NCBI GenBank assembly: GCA_011109175.1
Contig: RDEW01000022.1
Coordinates: 62,001 to 126,000, forward strand
Source of the DNA: Dicyema japonicum
Lineage: Eukaryota > Animalia > Dicyemida
Direction of reading: 5' to 3'
Length of the DNA: 64,000 nucleotides
Positions 24,901 to 38,849 of the stretch are shown here, one piece after another. Position 1 is the first letter of the stretch. Each line of letters starts with the position of its first letter. Position numbers and translations under genes: made by a program. A model generated the notes under the pieces. It did no database searches. It saw only the letters and a list, made by a program, of their open reading frames with translations, and had not been told where the DNA came from.

Positions 24901-26150
24901 TACCGTATTATACCCCTACTATTTACTTTGTAACTCTGTGATATTACTCGCCAAAGAGACTAACAACAATGAAAACTCCTAGAGTTCAAAATCCGTCTTC
25001 ATCGTCACTATTTCCAAAATGCTCGTTCCATTCATTTTCGTTTAGTCTGTCGTCATAATGGGCATCTTCTTGGTCTTCTTTATCTTTAGTTTTCTCCTCT
25101 TCTCAGATAAGGTCGTCTGATGTCTCATCGAGAGCGTTGGAAATGCAGCATTTCTTAAAGGAGCGTTTCAAAGTAGACATCGACATCATCCCACGACTGT
25201 TTAATCCATCCTGTTATTGTTTCTAACGAAGGTGCTAACATGGCTCCCCCTTTAGTAAACTGCGTCTCGCCTTCTATCATCCAAATACTCCAATTTCCTC
25301 TCAATCTGTCTTTGAACAGCCTGTTCAAAGAAACATCAAGTGGCTGCACACACTTGTTAGTCCACCAGGAATAACGGCGACAACAGTGCTGTTGCATTTA
25401 AGTTTTCTTTTGACGGAGTCCACTAGATGGGCTTTATAAGAATTCCATACGAGAAGACTTTTCTTCTTTAACATTCCTCCAGGTCAAGAGTTTCATACTT
25501 TTTTCCAGATCTTGATTCCCTCCTCATCCATCCATCCTTTTGGATGATTGTAAATTACTACACCTAAAGAGAATTATCCTTTCGGTAGAGTTTTTCTCTT
25601 GAAATCGACAATCGGCTTCAGCTTTGTACCGTCAGCTAAGCAGGAAAGAACAACAGTGAATCTAGACTTTTCGTGGCCTGTTGTTCTCACGAGAACAGTT
25701 TTTTCACTTTTGGCAGATACAGTTTTCGATGTAGGCACATCAAACCATACCGGAGTTTCATTTTATACCATTCACTTCTATGATTAGATTGATCGTTGCA
25801 AGAATTTTTTGTGAAGAGTGTAGTAATTACCATCACATTTGAAGCGATGAATACGAAGTTAAATTTCATGACTCGGTGTATGAGTCGAGGTCGACTTTTG
25901 ATCGAAAAAGGTTATACTCTAAGCCATCCAGTCACACGTAAATCCTTGGTGACCTTTGGATAATTGAGCCGATCCTACAGACTAGATCGTCCGTTTTGGG
26001 TCAAGAAGTCCTGATCCTCCGAAATACTTCGGTACATCCTTCTCTTCTGATTCTCGGCTTGTTAAGAAAAAATCGCTTATATTAATAAACTGAGTCCATT
26101 TATCACGGTTGTTGCCACATAGTTCAAATCGAAACTGTGTTACCCGATGA
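24901..26150 (-). mobile_element. pogo-family transposase remnant
   Basis: DETPVWFD, TTGHEKSRFTVVLSCLADGTKL, KGWMDEE, QPLDVSLNRLFK, FTKGG..PSL; terminal taccgtatt at 24901. Confidence 0.9.
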
Positions 26151-26308
26151 TTAGAGAAAAATGAAAAAAGTGTCAGTTAGGGAAGAATTCGTTAGTTCTT
26201 TGACCTTACTAACATGTAAGAGCCTGGATGCCATCAAATATACACGTGAGAGTGCGGAGCTCCCATAAGTACTTTATGCTTTAGATACAAGTCACTCATG
26301 TTCTATAG

Positions 26309-26848
26309 CAGTGGTTCCAAACCTGGGTTCCGAGAAATTTATAGATCATTTAATAATGTTGGATGACATTGCGAAATATTTTCAAGAAAAATTTGATGAC
26401 GATTGGGTACAAAATCCATTCAAAGTGAAGTTATACCAGCAAATCAAACATCAATTGAATGTGATTATTGCTTTGACATCAGACTCAACGTCAAATCAGA
26501 TATATAAATGAACTCCTTTTTTAATTTTTGGAGAGCATATATTCAAAATACCCTGATATTTCAAAGGCTATAAGTAACTATACCTTTCCCTGCGACTTAC
26601 TTATGTGAGTCGGGTTTTCAATATACACATCTACCAAAACTTCCGTGATATGAGGAGACTTGTCATCAATAACTCCTAACGATACACAACTATGCTATGG
26701 TAAAAAGTTACCTCAATGTTCACATAAAAAAATATTGTTGGTTATTACGTATGTTTTAAGTGAAAATTGTAATAATTTAATTGGAAGGGATCCGCAAAAA
26801 ATAAATTAACCCAAAGGGTTCCGCGAGCACCTAAGATTGGAACCACTG
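26309..26848 (+). mobile_element. hAT (Charlie/Buster-like) internal-deletion derivative
   Basis: TIRs cagtggttccaa / ttggaaccactg; C-terminal remnants WVQNPF and TYLCESGFS. The 8-bp flanks match at only 5 of 8. Confidence 0.85.
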
Positions 26849-27061
26849 CTGTAAAGAATCTCTTTTCCTTCCCAACGAAACCTCTGGCTGTTATCGAACT
26901 GGCGCTAGGCCGATCCCTAAAATCCCTATACGAATTAGCCACCAAGGAATAAGTTCTAAGTTCAAAGGTATAAGATTGACAAATTAATATTAAATAAAAT
27001 TATTAAAAAAATATTAAAAAAATTAAATTTAAATTATAAATAAATTGCCGCTGTAATACTT

Positions 27062-28303
27062 ATGGATATAACAAGACAGTGTAATAATAGTCAAATAGCT
27101 ACAGAAATTGTCTCTATTATAAATTAAAGCATAGTGGTCGTCATTGGTGGCAGGACTAAAGGCAACACTACCGCTGAGAACATACAGGAGCAAATGGAAG
27201 ATTTATTCAAACTGTTTTAATGGGATTGATGCTGTCCACTATCTCCATCACTTTATGACATTTGAGTGTCCATTCTACAGACGTGGAGTCCCTCGGTTTA
27301 TTCAATTCTCATTCCACAGTTCAAAAGTGGTCAAACTACTAGAAAAGTTTCGCCAATGTGGAATCATAGTACCCGTCAACAAATCCCTCTGTGGTCCCTT
27401 CTCAGATGGGGATACTCTCTACAGGCAAAATTCTTTATATATTCAAGGTTCGGATGTGATAGGAATTTCAGTAGTCTCAGCAACCAGACCGAGGACCTAA
27501 TAGCCTCAATGATGACACTCTCCATGGCCACAAAAAAACCATTTAACTGTGCAGTACTCACCCCCAGGCAAATCGAGCTTATATATGCGGACGTTTGTGT
27601 GGACTTGTACTTTATGTACTCATTGTAGTCTGAGGAAGGAGCTGAAGGGAGGTGATGATCAAACACTAACAAATTCCCTGAATATCATAGAAGAGGTAGT
27701 GGATGGACGTATAATGATGGACAATATGCATTATATTGATAATTGCCAACAAATGGGGGTCATTCAAGGAGTCAATGATGACTGTGACAGCAGTCTTCTC
27801 CGATCGTTGGACGACTTTTATTGGGAGTTGGTTAAAAGTAATCTGAGCGTGGTGATTTTGTAGATGTCCGTAATCTGAGCTGTGAGATGGTTGAGACTAT
27901 GTTCTCCTTTATTGCCAATTACTATAGAATGCTGGTGTTTGGGGAGGTTATACCCGCTGCCTGTGGGTGCGTCATTAAGGCCTGTTTGTTGGCTAAGAAT
28001 GTCCCCGCTTTGCAGGTGGCATTGACTATGCTTCCCTCCGTTTCCTATCGTGTGTTGCAAAGATATTTTATCGTGATGAGTAAACTGGTGGAGGATAATT
28101 GCGCTCTGATGTGCCATGTTAACACGTGGATTGGGCTGATTGTAATATTTTTGTTATTGTAGAGTATTGAACATAAATGTGCTGTTGAGGAGATTTATGC
28201 GTACTCTAAACGTGCTTGGACTATCCCCCATTCAGTTAAGGATGATATTAATAGAATAATTGATGCTACTCAGCACAGGGATTTGACTTGTTTAAATATT
28301 TGA
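27062..28303 (+). CDS. DEP-domain protein of the DEPDC1/DEPDC7 family, 7 exons, ~366 aa, intact
   Basis: Exons 27062-27109, 27135-27295, 27320-27424, 27448-27606, 27629-27837, 27864-28141, 28163-28303 total 1101 nt, with consistent phases and no internal stop. ATEIWSSL..LPLR..YSNCFNGIDAV..KLLEKF..LYRF matches the DEPDC1-type N-terminus. Introns 25, 24, 23 (GC-AG), 22, 26, 21 nt. Confidence 0.85.
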
Positions 28304-28360
28304 TTTATTTTTCATTTATTTTGTGTTATTTGTGTTTGCTTTTGTGATTTACCGTGATCA

Positions 28361-28682
28361 CATGAGACCACCCAGAAGATTGTAGAAGGGAAGAAAGCAC
28401 CTATTACTAGCTTTTGTGAGACAAATGATCGTTTTGTTCATTCTCCGTTGGGCGTTACTTTGAGAGAGGAAGATCACTTGTGTGTATTGTGCGACTGTTC
28501 GACTTGAACGTACCAGCAAATAGTGTGATGGAGGAATAGCATATGGAACAAAAAGATTATTCGGAGTAAGGCCCATGACAACTCTACCCTCTGTGTTAAA
28601 CGACGAATTAAAACCGTTGCAGAAAACTAAAATGGCCGATGATCTCGATGAATTAAGAAATCTTTACAAATTGATTGGATAA
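28361..28682 (+). other. Coding-like segments downstream of the DEP gene
   Basis: Open frames 28361-28483 and 28524-28682 can be joined by a 40-nt GT-AG intron. GC content resembles the DEP exons. No clean in-frame link to exon 7. Confidence 0.35.
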
Positions 28683-31600
28683 CAAATTCTAATACATAAA
28701 TTTTTGAAGGTGGATGTGTTGCGTTATATTTAGTTCTACTTTCCCCTGTCATTTAAAACGCTAATATTTCATGCCACTCTCGACGCTAAATACTCCATAC
28801 GATGATGAAACAATGTCTACAACATACCAATTTATCTAGTCGGCTTCACGAACTGTAAACTAAAAGTAACAAATTAGTGGTTGACTGTCTCGTAAACATA
28901 TACACTATTGTAGATAAGGTGACATATTATGCGCATATGTGCTCGAGATCCACTTATATCGATTTTTAAAATTATTAAAGGCTATTCGCTACAATTGAGA
29001 TCAATAGGTAATTTTAACTAGATGAAGAGGAGTTGGGAAACGTCAATATCTCCGCTAAAACGGATATATAATTTTCACTTCAATCTTTTAAGACTTGCAT
29101 GTTATATTCCTATCATCTTAGACTGATGGTACAAATGTCTCTCAATGGTCCCCCGTAAGGACGCCAATTTTTTATAGATTGATTATAATTACCTTTCAAT
29201 TTGTTTTTGATATCACGAAGCTTTTCGGTGGACTAATTTGATATTGAATTCGGAGCATGAATCTGTCAAGAACTGATCGCTAAACTCCTTCTTTGTTCCG
29301 TGAAATCTTTTAGATCGGCGATACGACAACCTTGTGGTTGAATTACAAGGAGTCGCCATCAGCCACGTATATGCTCGCAGAACACATTAACTACAGATTT
29401 TAACAAAAATATTAGAAATATTGAAAGAACGTTCAAGAATTAATAACTAATCCCCCACGTTCCTCTACAAAGATTTTCTGTCAATTTCCCTTCAATTTGG
29501 GACAGGCAAGAATCGAATTGATTCATTTGATGTTTCTTTAATATGAAAGTTTGAGAGATTTAATAGAAAAAATACCAAAGACCGCGGTAACACCAAACTA
29601 GCCAATCACTAACAGAGACCTCAACTTCTTCAGATGCTCCTTCTTTGACCCCACACAAGCACAATCGACCGTATAACTGAATCCTCGTAGTCGCAACAGA
29701 AGGTTCCTTGGTTCTAACTAATTAAGGATTCTAGAGGCATTGGAGAGTGGAACCTTCCAGAAGAAGCTAAGTTGGCTTAATGGTTAGTTGGCTGTTTGAA
29801 AAATGATTCTGGAATAAAAACTCCCCCATAAAAGGAAACGGGTCTCTATTTTTTAGAGCAACTTAATAGTATCTTTCAATGTGTCTACAATACTCTTATA
29901 AAATACCTTGAAAAATAACTGATGTCAGAATATTAAAACCCTTTACTGAAAGCGGTTCAAGATCCCGGGCTCGACCTCCACCTTGTGGATCTGGGAAGAC
30001 TTTGTTAGCTGAGGTTATTCTCTTCTCATTTAACAGAGTGAACCTCAACTAGCACAATTTCGATATATAACGAAAGCATCATGGGTACTCTATAGGCTTT
30101 TCCTTCTAACTTCAGTTAGATAGTTCTGGCTCTAGTGACTCGCTAACCAAATGAGTCTTGATGGCCCTGGAGACTGATTATGTGTAATTCTCTAGAGTCA
30201 CGACTAAAAGCCTTCACGCAAAGTCTACGCTTATATGAACTTATGAATGGAAGACAGTAATATATAGAAGGGTAAAAATCATTTGGTGAGAGCTTTAAGG
30301 TTGGCGACATTTGTTTTTGAGGTCAGTTGGTATTTCAAGCGAAAGACATCAAAATGGTACAAACCGACACTACGAAAATACTTTTCTGTTCGTTCAATGA
30401 TTCAATTTAATTTTCTAACAAATGGAAGTTCTCATTCACCACCAATAGACGACTTAGAAGCAACCTTTAGTGGTCCACCCAGACCTTTCGACATGTGAGA
30501 TGAATATGAATGTTGTCTTTTTTCACCTGTTTTTCTTGGTCATCTTATCAATCAAATCTTTTCCGAGCCAGGAATCCAATGACCCTAAGAGACTTGCGGG
30601 AGTTCCCTCACTCTCAATTGAACGCTTATGACAGTTGCCTTCTTTGTAGATAAGGGTAACTGACTATGTCTGTTTCATTACTAAAGCCAAAATATCAAAG
30701 TAATATGAAAAATATCGAGAAGGATTATCTCAATGTCGATATTATTCGATTTATATAAGCTTATACCTGATATCAAGTAATGGACATTATTTATCAAGTA
30801 AAAACCGCAAAAATAGATAATATGCGTGCTTGTTGGTTGCCATGACCTCACTAACATTAAGGAGGCCGATTACCATTACCGGATAGTGCATGCACAATAA
30901 AGGAACATGGGCTATGGTTAAGTCTACAGAAAGTCGATGCAAATATTGAGTAGCCACTCGGGTCGCATGGCATAAGGAGCATCTAACACCATGGTTTGCT
31001 CAATTACGGCTATCATGGTTGAATTATAGAGCGCTGGTGCCAAAAATGTCTGTAAATTTGAATGCCTATAAATGATCAAGTGGCTGTCGTGACAAATAAG
31101 ACATATTCAGAAAGGCAGGCAATCAGCTAAGTAAGAAAACCAGGGTGTGTGACTCATCCAAAGCACTGAGATAACTGGAACATCTAATTAGCTCTTTATT
31201 CATTTTTAAAAAAACTTGGGAGTTAGTTCGACTTCAAAAATCCTACAATAGTGCGAGGTGAATTGTTCGAAAAAGATTTGGTCTCGTTCTCCACTCTCAT
31301 CAGTCTTTATATGAACTTGCAAAACGATTTCGTTATTATTAGAACTTTGCCTTCAAAATTTATTTAAAAATCATTAACGGTCCCACGTGGTCATTCAAAT
31401 TTTTATCACATTGATAAGTGACTAGTAATTATCGAATAAACCACTAACCACATGATGATAAGCAAGGATTGTGAACTAAGAAACTCGAAACAAGAGACAT
31501 TGAACACGCTTTGTTTCTGAAATCAGCTAACATGAAAAGTCCAGGGTAGTCCGGTTTAAAGAGTCTAAGCATTCAACTTCAACACTAGACCCTAAGTAGA

Positions 31601-32159
31601 CTCAGACAAGTGAGTCTCTCTGAGATGCAATCATGATAGAATAAATGGATTGAAATACTAAGTTAGTTCAATCAGATTAGGGTTAGCTTTGATTATTCAT
31701 TTTGTGAATCTTTCAACTAAGAAATAACAAAATTACATTTTAAGATGTACATTTGTTTTAATTTTTCTGGTAGAAGTTTCATACATTCCTCATTTTGGAT
31801 TATTTTTCGGCCCAATTCAAAGTCTCTCTTGCGTCTTGCTTTAAGATCATCGTTTATCGTTTTCATAGTATCCAAAATTGAATTTCTGAACTCCTCATCG
31901 AATGCAGATTCAGGAGTCGTCCCTCGAATATTTTGATTTCTCCCGTTTTTATTTTTTCAAAAAATTGTTTCCGTTGAAAAAATAAATCCGCCTAAAAGTT
32001 ATATTCAGACATTGCGTTTTTATCTTCTGGCTGCATGAATGCTTAAATTTGAACTGCAATTTATTTATATTTAAGGTTTTCCAGAATTTATTTATTATTT
32101 CATTTATTTATTTATTATTTTATTAATTTATTATTTTAATTGACTCCAGGGTTACAATC

Positions 32160-32325
32160 TTTGGTGAGTCTAGCACAGACAGTCACAACTAATTAATGCG
32201 TGCTTGTGTGAGGTCGAGGGAGGAGCATCGGGCCAGGATGAGGTCCGTACTAGAGCGTGCTGGGATCACGTGATTAGTTAGTTTGTGTAACCGTGGTCTC
32301 TAGTATTATTATTAATCCTAGGAAG
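32160..32325 (+). mobile_element. LINE family A 3' end
   Basis: gggatcacgtgattag..gtggtctc followed by a (TTA)n tail. Confidence 0.5.
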
Positions 32326-34679
32326 GACTTGTATTTTCATGATGCGTCATACCGTCGCGGACACACTACATTCTTCGGCGGAAGAGTTTTAATAATATAA
32401 TCTTCACCAGTTAATTTGGAAGAAGTTAGAGAGATCACTTTCAACTACCTTTTCGTGCCAGAAAGACTCGTCGGCTCACGGGTCGGATCAGCTGACGAGA
32501 ATTTAATTTATTATCCCCCGAATCACAAGAAAGAGGACAAGATTCATCGTCTAATTTAAGTGACCCCGATGTGTATAACAGTCCTCTTCCTGCGGTTAGT
32601 GTTGGAGTCCTGGATTAATCTCCAAAAAGAGGAATGTTTCTTTAATTGACCTTCGTTTTCCAGTAAAAAATTATAAACCAGCAAGTCAATCGATAGATTT
32701 CTTCAAAAAATGATGAAATTTTAAATCATTTATATGCAGCTGATGTGGACAGATTGTAGTAGTATTGAAGATAAAGAAAACGAAGAGATTCCGTCAATGA
32801 TACTTTGAAGGCCTTGGATAACTCCTAGCCATTTAATTTGTCTAACGGACTGCTCGAAATCATCTCCCTTTGGGATTTACACTTGGAGACATCCTGCATT
32901 TGAGTTACCACCTTGAAATGAGGAGCTTACAGTATCTCGGACGATCGTTTAACCCAATCCACTCAATATTCCCATTACTTTAATGCACTAAGAATATTTA
33001 CTGATCTCCAAAGAACACACAGGAAAATACCATGAACAAGATACCAAAAACCCTCGAAGAGAACAGCATACTGGAGCGAGACCAACTGAGATAACCACTT
33101 CAGAACTGGTTTTTTTCGAGGGGCTGTCAGAGTGGAACTTTCCCATTTGCGATATGGACATTATTCGTCTCTGGCTAAAAGAAAAATTCCTGATCTCTTT
33201 GCTTCCTAAGAGCACCAAGGTTCGAAATGAAAATAATGGATCTCTGGTGCGTCATGTTTAAGTAGTTTACTGTAAAATAGATTTTCTGATTTTAAACCAA
33301 ACAAACGACGATATTGTCTCATTTTAAATCTTTCCTTAAGATCATGTTCAGCCATCTGGCTACTGAAGATAATCGTGAATCTATTCAGCATTGCTTAGTT
33401 TATCGACAGATTCCTTCAACGGTTTTATATGGTTCAAACATTCTAGGACAGTCAGATATTTGATGGAAATTTACCAAGAGCTTTAAAAAGTAAATGTCAC
33501 TTCTTGATTGATGTATACTTTGTCCGAAATATCCCCAGTTATCTCATGAGTCCTTTGCCCCAATACACTGCCGTTTGTTTACCAATTTGAAGTAGAAGAG
33601 ATTCAAATCAAGACATTGACGATCTGATGCTTCCTTGATACGAAATTTTGTACATTAGAATTTTGACTACATTCAGAAGAGAGTCGAGAGGTTATATCAG
33701 CATTAAAGAGATGAAAACATTAAGTGTATTAAAGCACGTTAATATGTGTCATGGTGACTGGTTACCATGCTGGACAGGATTGCGGCAGAGAGAGCCTAGA
33801 ATGACATTATGGCCCCTCTATTAGACTTGCGATCATGAGGGTCCCAATACGTTAGTTAAGTATCCCCAGCCTCACTAACTTTTAGAAGACCAGTGCCTAG
33901 TAAATAGGACCCATCAAATGGTAGTAGCTTCCATAATTCGGTCAACTTTTGCATTTTATAAAAACAGCGTACAAGTTCTGGACATTTGAAAAGATGATTT
34001 GCTGTCAACTCAGAAAGGTCGTAAAAGGAGCAAAAAACATTTAAATCATCCAGTTTACTTACGTCGGAAGAGAGTGGTGGTCCCCACATCGTATTACTTT
34101 CACCAACTTTATCCTTAACAGCCAAATTAAGAATAAACTTGGTAACTTAAAGTATTTTTTTAAATTTGGTGACCAAATACCCCTTTGGTGGTCAAAGGTT
34201 TCAAATCCATTAACTCTGCTGTGTAGTATCTTTAATAATATCTCCTAGTCAGATCTTACGTATACAGCATGCTATGATGAAGATGACTGTTTCAAACCCC
34301 GTTTTTGTCGTTTATAAAAGAGATCGGGTAGATGACTTTCGTTTATCTAAATCTTACTTAATTCTTTATTTACGTTCAAGCACACTCAGTAGAGCTGGGT
34401 AGAGAAGCAATGAAAGGTCAGACATTCTCTAAGAAAGCAACAGGTCCAGTGATCGGTAAGCCAAATAATATCTGAAATTCAATTCACGGGAGACTAAACT
34501 GTATCGTTAATAAACTATTGATTAATCTCCCTTAACAAAAAATTCATTGCTCTCAAAGTATTTCAGAGCTTCCAAAGCCTTCGTTTAAAAATGCCAAAGT
34601 TTTGGAATATTGATTATTCGTGCCATACTTGATGGCTACATGTGGCTCTTTGATAGAAAATTTTTGTTTGTCTCTTGTG

Positions 34680-34885
34680 TAGAACCTCTTCCCATTTCGA
34701 ATAGAGAGGCGCCCAAGTGACCCATCTGTGTCAGGTTACGCTCAGTGCCAGGTTGGTAGGAAAGGATCATTTGCTCTCCCCCACTCCACTGGAAGGGTTC
34801 ACTCAAGCGCAAGGTTCTGCATGGACTTTTGTGACGCATCAATGTTAACTGTTAACTTCTTTCTCGGTGTATAATAATAATCCTC
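34680..34885 (+). repeat. Dispersed repeat family B
   Basis: aaggatcatttgctctccccactccactgga..ttctcggtgtataataataat. Confidence 0.6.
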
Positions 34886-35394
34886 GACTTTGGATTCAAA
34901 CGCACACAAGAAATAATCAAAATAAAATAATATTTAAAAATATTATAAAAAATATTAAAAAATATAACACTAACCAGATTTCAACGACGACCTTGTTAAA
35001 CTATCCACTTCAATGAGTACAGCTTGTTACCATAGAAATTCTTTTAACTATAAAGTCTTAGATAAACAAGAGCTCATAAGGGTCTCACGTGTGAAAATCA
35101 CTCTTCTATAAAGTACAATAAGGGTGAGAAGTGATCCCAGTTCAAGGTATTAAATTGCCAATAAACTGAATCGAAGGAATATGGATTTCTGCCCCCCAGT
35201 TTGACCATAACGAATCCACCTTTTCGGTCTGGAATCTTTATTATATGAGGACATTCTTATTCTCTTTAACTCAGTGATCCTGTGGCGATAATTGTCACCG
35301 TCCACACTTCTTTCCTCGGTGAGGTTTCTCGACACCTTTCCTAGCAAGGCCTCAGTTTCACGGAAGAAATCAACAGCCCAGCAAAATAGCAGAT

Positions 35395-35600
35395 AGACCA
35401 CTGTCTTACAATTAAACGTTAATGGAATAAGAGGAAAGATCCTGGAATTGCGCTATCTATTATGTAAACATCCAAGAGACTAAACTCACTATAAATAGTC
35501 CTCCCCCTACATTCCCTGGATAAAAATATATACGGATCGACCGAACAAAGAAACGGGGCGGTGGTCTCCTAACTGAAACCACGCTCAATGTGGAACTCCA
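35395..35600 (+). mobile_element. LINE APE endonuclease N-terminal fragment
   Basis: VLQLNVNGIRGKILEL, then IQETKL and DR..RGGGL across a frameshift. Confidence 0.8.
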
Positions 35601-36074
35601 CGTTTGATCTTTATGGCTCAATGTTGAAATTATACTTAGATATTGATTAGGATGAGAATTGGAATAAAAATTACATTTCTTTCCCACGTGAAGATTAATA
35701 GTTATAGAATTACTTTCAAGACTGTGCACTTAGTATGAAGTGAAATAAATGAAGATTGTATGAGAGTTACAAGAATACCACAAAAAGCTGAGCACTAAGT
35801 AATCTGTAAATCTCGGTGTTTGGGATGTGGCTCATACTCTGAAATTTTGCGACAAATCAATTTTGTCTTTAGCCAGGTATGGTTCCAATTTTGTTTAATA
35901 ACTACAAGCTGAACCACAAAGTCATTATTAGTGTTTTTTATATTACCTCAGAGGAAATATAATTTTCATAAAACTCGAATGATACAAACTTTTATATCAA
36001 AAATGTGAAAATTCAACAAAAATAAGAGAGAAAAAAAGTCCAGATGTCAGTATAATCTAATTAACAACTATGTA

Positions 36075-36800
36075 TTAATTGATTCCAAAAATTAGAAGAC
36101 CGATCGGGATTAATGAGATCAGAGAGTATTTTTGACTTGTACTTTGACCTTTGTGTAAGAAACCAAATTTCAACTTGGGATGCATAATTTATTTTCACAT
36201 GGGAGGCTATTTGCAGAACATTGGGAACATGGTTTTCCTATTTTATAAAAATTTCCTGTATAATTTTTTGGACTAAAGAAAATACAGCTAAATATAAACG
36301 GTAATTGCAGTAACCTAAAGAACCACTATATGGGTCACATGAAGTTGTTGCACATCCTACTTCATAACTATCAGCCCACACAAGCAACATATTATAGAAA
36401 TAATACCTCTTATACGAATCACAATAGCCAATACACTTTTGAGTAGTAAAGTTGTCATACTGTTGAAATAAGTACAATTCCGGTGAGATTATGATGCAAT
36501 ATAATCATTATATCAGATTACTGTCATTCGTTTGAAAAATGTTTTGACCTATATTTTTTTATGATTGAACATTTCTCGCTTGATTTTTCAGCTTCTTTTT
36601 CAAGTTCATCACTCCAAACCTTAATAAAATAAACAAACATTTTTCTCATATTGCTTGCAGCAGGTCAAAATTATGGTCATTAGATGTGGAAAAATTATGG
36701 GAATCCAAAATTTCTTTTTTTCTGTTTCATTAAAATAGTCAAACAGATATTTTTAATGTGAACTTACTTTAACTAAAAGAAATAGTAATAATCCTATCAT
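36075..36800 (-). pseudogene. CAP/SCP gene copy 3, inverted and more decayed
   Basis: Aligns with copies 1 and 2 including flanks; GQNIF, LVWADSYEVGC, YCNY, GKPCSQC; multiple indels and a lost intron 5 donor. Confidence 0.8.
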
Positions 36801-37984
36801 TTCATCGGTTATTTTAATTCGCTACTTATTAATGTATAGCAAATCAATTTTTGTTGGATTTATTATTGGGGTTTTTTACCAAAAAATATTCATTAGAAAT
36901 TTTAGATTAATCGTGTCTATTACTTTCTCCGCTGATTTTTCTACTTCCATCAATTTTTTAAAGATCTATTTCTGACGTTACTTTGTGTACCATTCGAGAA
37001 AGTTTTAGTAGAGACATCGTCCGGCTCTGAAAACAATTGTACTGAAAAAAATCATCTATGTTCGCCAGGGTCTCTTTCTTAGAGCCGTAATCTCATTCTC
37101 GATTTCATCAACTTTTCTCCGCCATTTTTTCTAGCCATAAATATGAGAAGTGAAAAGTTATGCAAAATCTCAATAGATGCAGGGAGATGTAAAAGACATT
37201 GTTTCCATAGGGATAGACTGGTAGCTGAAGGTTCTCGAGAGAGATCAGTTATGCTAATAAATCGAGGAATGCTCGTTCTTGACTATTTTTTTAGCGTACG
37301 AGTCCATAAAGACACTGTCCATCTACATACAATCTTAATATATCAGCCAGAGTGTAATATTGTGTAATAACTTCCAATAATGGGATAAAAAGTTGAAACA
37401 TGCTGAATTCACTATATTTTGGCAAAACATTACTTTTTTGAAAATATTCCTATTTTACCGATTTAAACATATTCATAGACATTTAAAAAAATTAATAAAT
37501 TAATAATAAATTAAAAATTATTGTTAGCCACATTATTTGTAAATATTATTATATTAATCTTAACAATTTTGTGAAACCCGAGCAGAATGTCTGCCGCATT
37601 CCACTCCCTCTGAATGTGACACTCAACAGTGGCAATCTTTGTGAATTGGCATATGTTTGCACGTGAGTAATAAGGAATCGCCCAAAATTGTATATACTAA
37701 TTCATTATTAATAATTTGTCACTGAATGAATGTTTACAATAAATGTCAATCTTCTTTGCTGTTTACAGTAAGAATGGCAAAATGTAGTAAGGAAGTCCAA
37801 GGGGTTATGGTACATCATGAGTGGAGACTCCCGTCTCGTCCATATGACTTTCATTTACCAAAAGTCGACAGATTATCTCTGACAGAGTGGACTTCGATAA
37901 ATCCACGTTTTTAATGACAGAAGTAAAATTATTAGTGTCAATGTGAACTCTTCTATAAAATCTGATAAATAGGACAATCTATGG

Positions 37985-38522
37985 CAGTGGTTCTCAATAG
38001 CTGCCCGCTGCTACTTAAATGCGGCCCGCTTAAAATTATAAAAATATTACATATTTTAACTATTGTTTTTTTATTAAATATTTTTGCATTAAATTTTAAT
38101 TAATAACATTAATATTCTTTGTGATGTCTGAAAAACGTGTTAAAGTCGGATATAGAGCTCACCCCAATATTTAAGAAAGTCAACTATTAGAATTTTGGAG
38201 TAGAATTTCAATTTTAAAATATCCAAATTTGGCTACGAATGCATATAAAAATGTGTCTGCATTTGGATCATCGTATGTTTGTTAAGCTCTGTTCATCAGA
38301 CTCACACGGATCAAAACCAAATTTCGCAACAATTAACTGATGAACATCTAATACAGCTCTTACGCACAAAAATTTCGAAAGAATAGTAGAAGGAAAACAG
38401 ATTAAATTCTCACATTAATTTTAGTTAATAAAGTTAAAATTTCTTTAAAAAAATTTTGCGGCCCGCGAACCAATTGTAAATTATTGATTTGGCCTGCAGA
38501 CAAAAAAGGTTGAGAACCACTG
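37985..38522 (+). mobile_element. hAT internal-deletion derivative (GTF2IRD2/SPIN-like C-terminus)
   Basis: TIRs cagtggttctcaa / ttgagaaccactg; YPNLA..FGSSYVC..IKTKFRN.LTDEHL. Left TSD atctatgg (37977-37984); right TSD atctaagg displaced to 38845-38852. Confidence 0.9.
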
Positions 38523-38527
38523 ATCTA

Positions 38528-38849
38528 ATAATAATAATAAAGCCTTTTCACGAGAGCCATAGTATTTTATAGCTCCGCATAGGCAGGACACACACTTTAT
38601 TTAAGTAAAGAACAGTTAATTTTAACTAATCGTAGAACCAAGGAATGATCTTCACTTCTTTTTTTCTTTTTCTTGTGTGAGTGTCCTTTCTAGACAATCC
38701 AGTTCCGCAGTGAGTATTCACTGATGACGGCGTCACTCGTCAAACCATTTCTGCATCGTAGATGCGTGGAACCTTCCATCAGGTGAACAGCAGCGAGATT
38801 CGAACCCGTAGCCTAAGCCACTTAAGCCCGACACCTAACCACTGATCTA
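38528..38849 (-). mobile_element. tRNA-derived SINE (family C), best-preserved copy
   Basis: A-box-like TAGATCAGTGG and B-box GGTTCGAATC at tRNA spacing, (TTA)n tail, 13-bp direct repeat aaccactgatcta at 38515-38527 and 38837-38849. Confidence 0.85.

Noticed and set aside
38720-38750. ctgatga..caaac in the SINE body as a hammerhead ribozyme
   Set aside because: No GAAA, it lies antisense to the SINE, and ctgatga is not conserved in the 9.0 and 24.1 kb copies. It is only a tgacg/cgtca hairpin.
38790-38849. Functional tRNA gene
   Set aside because: A/B boxes and T-arm only; no acceptor or anticodon stem, and it runs into the SINE body.
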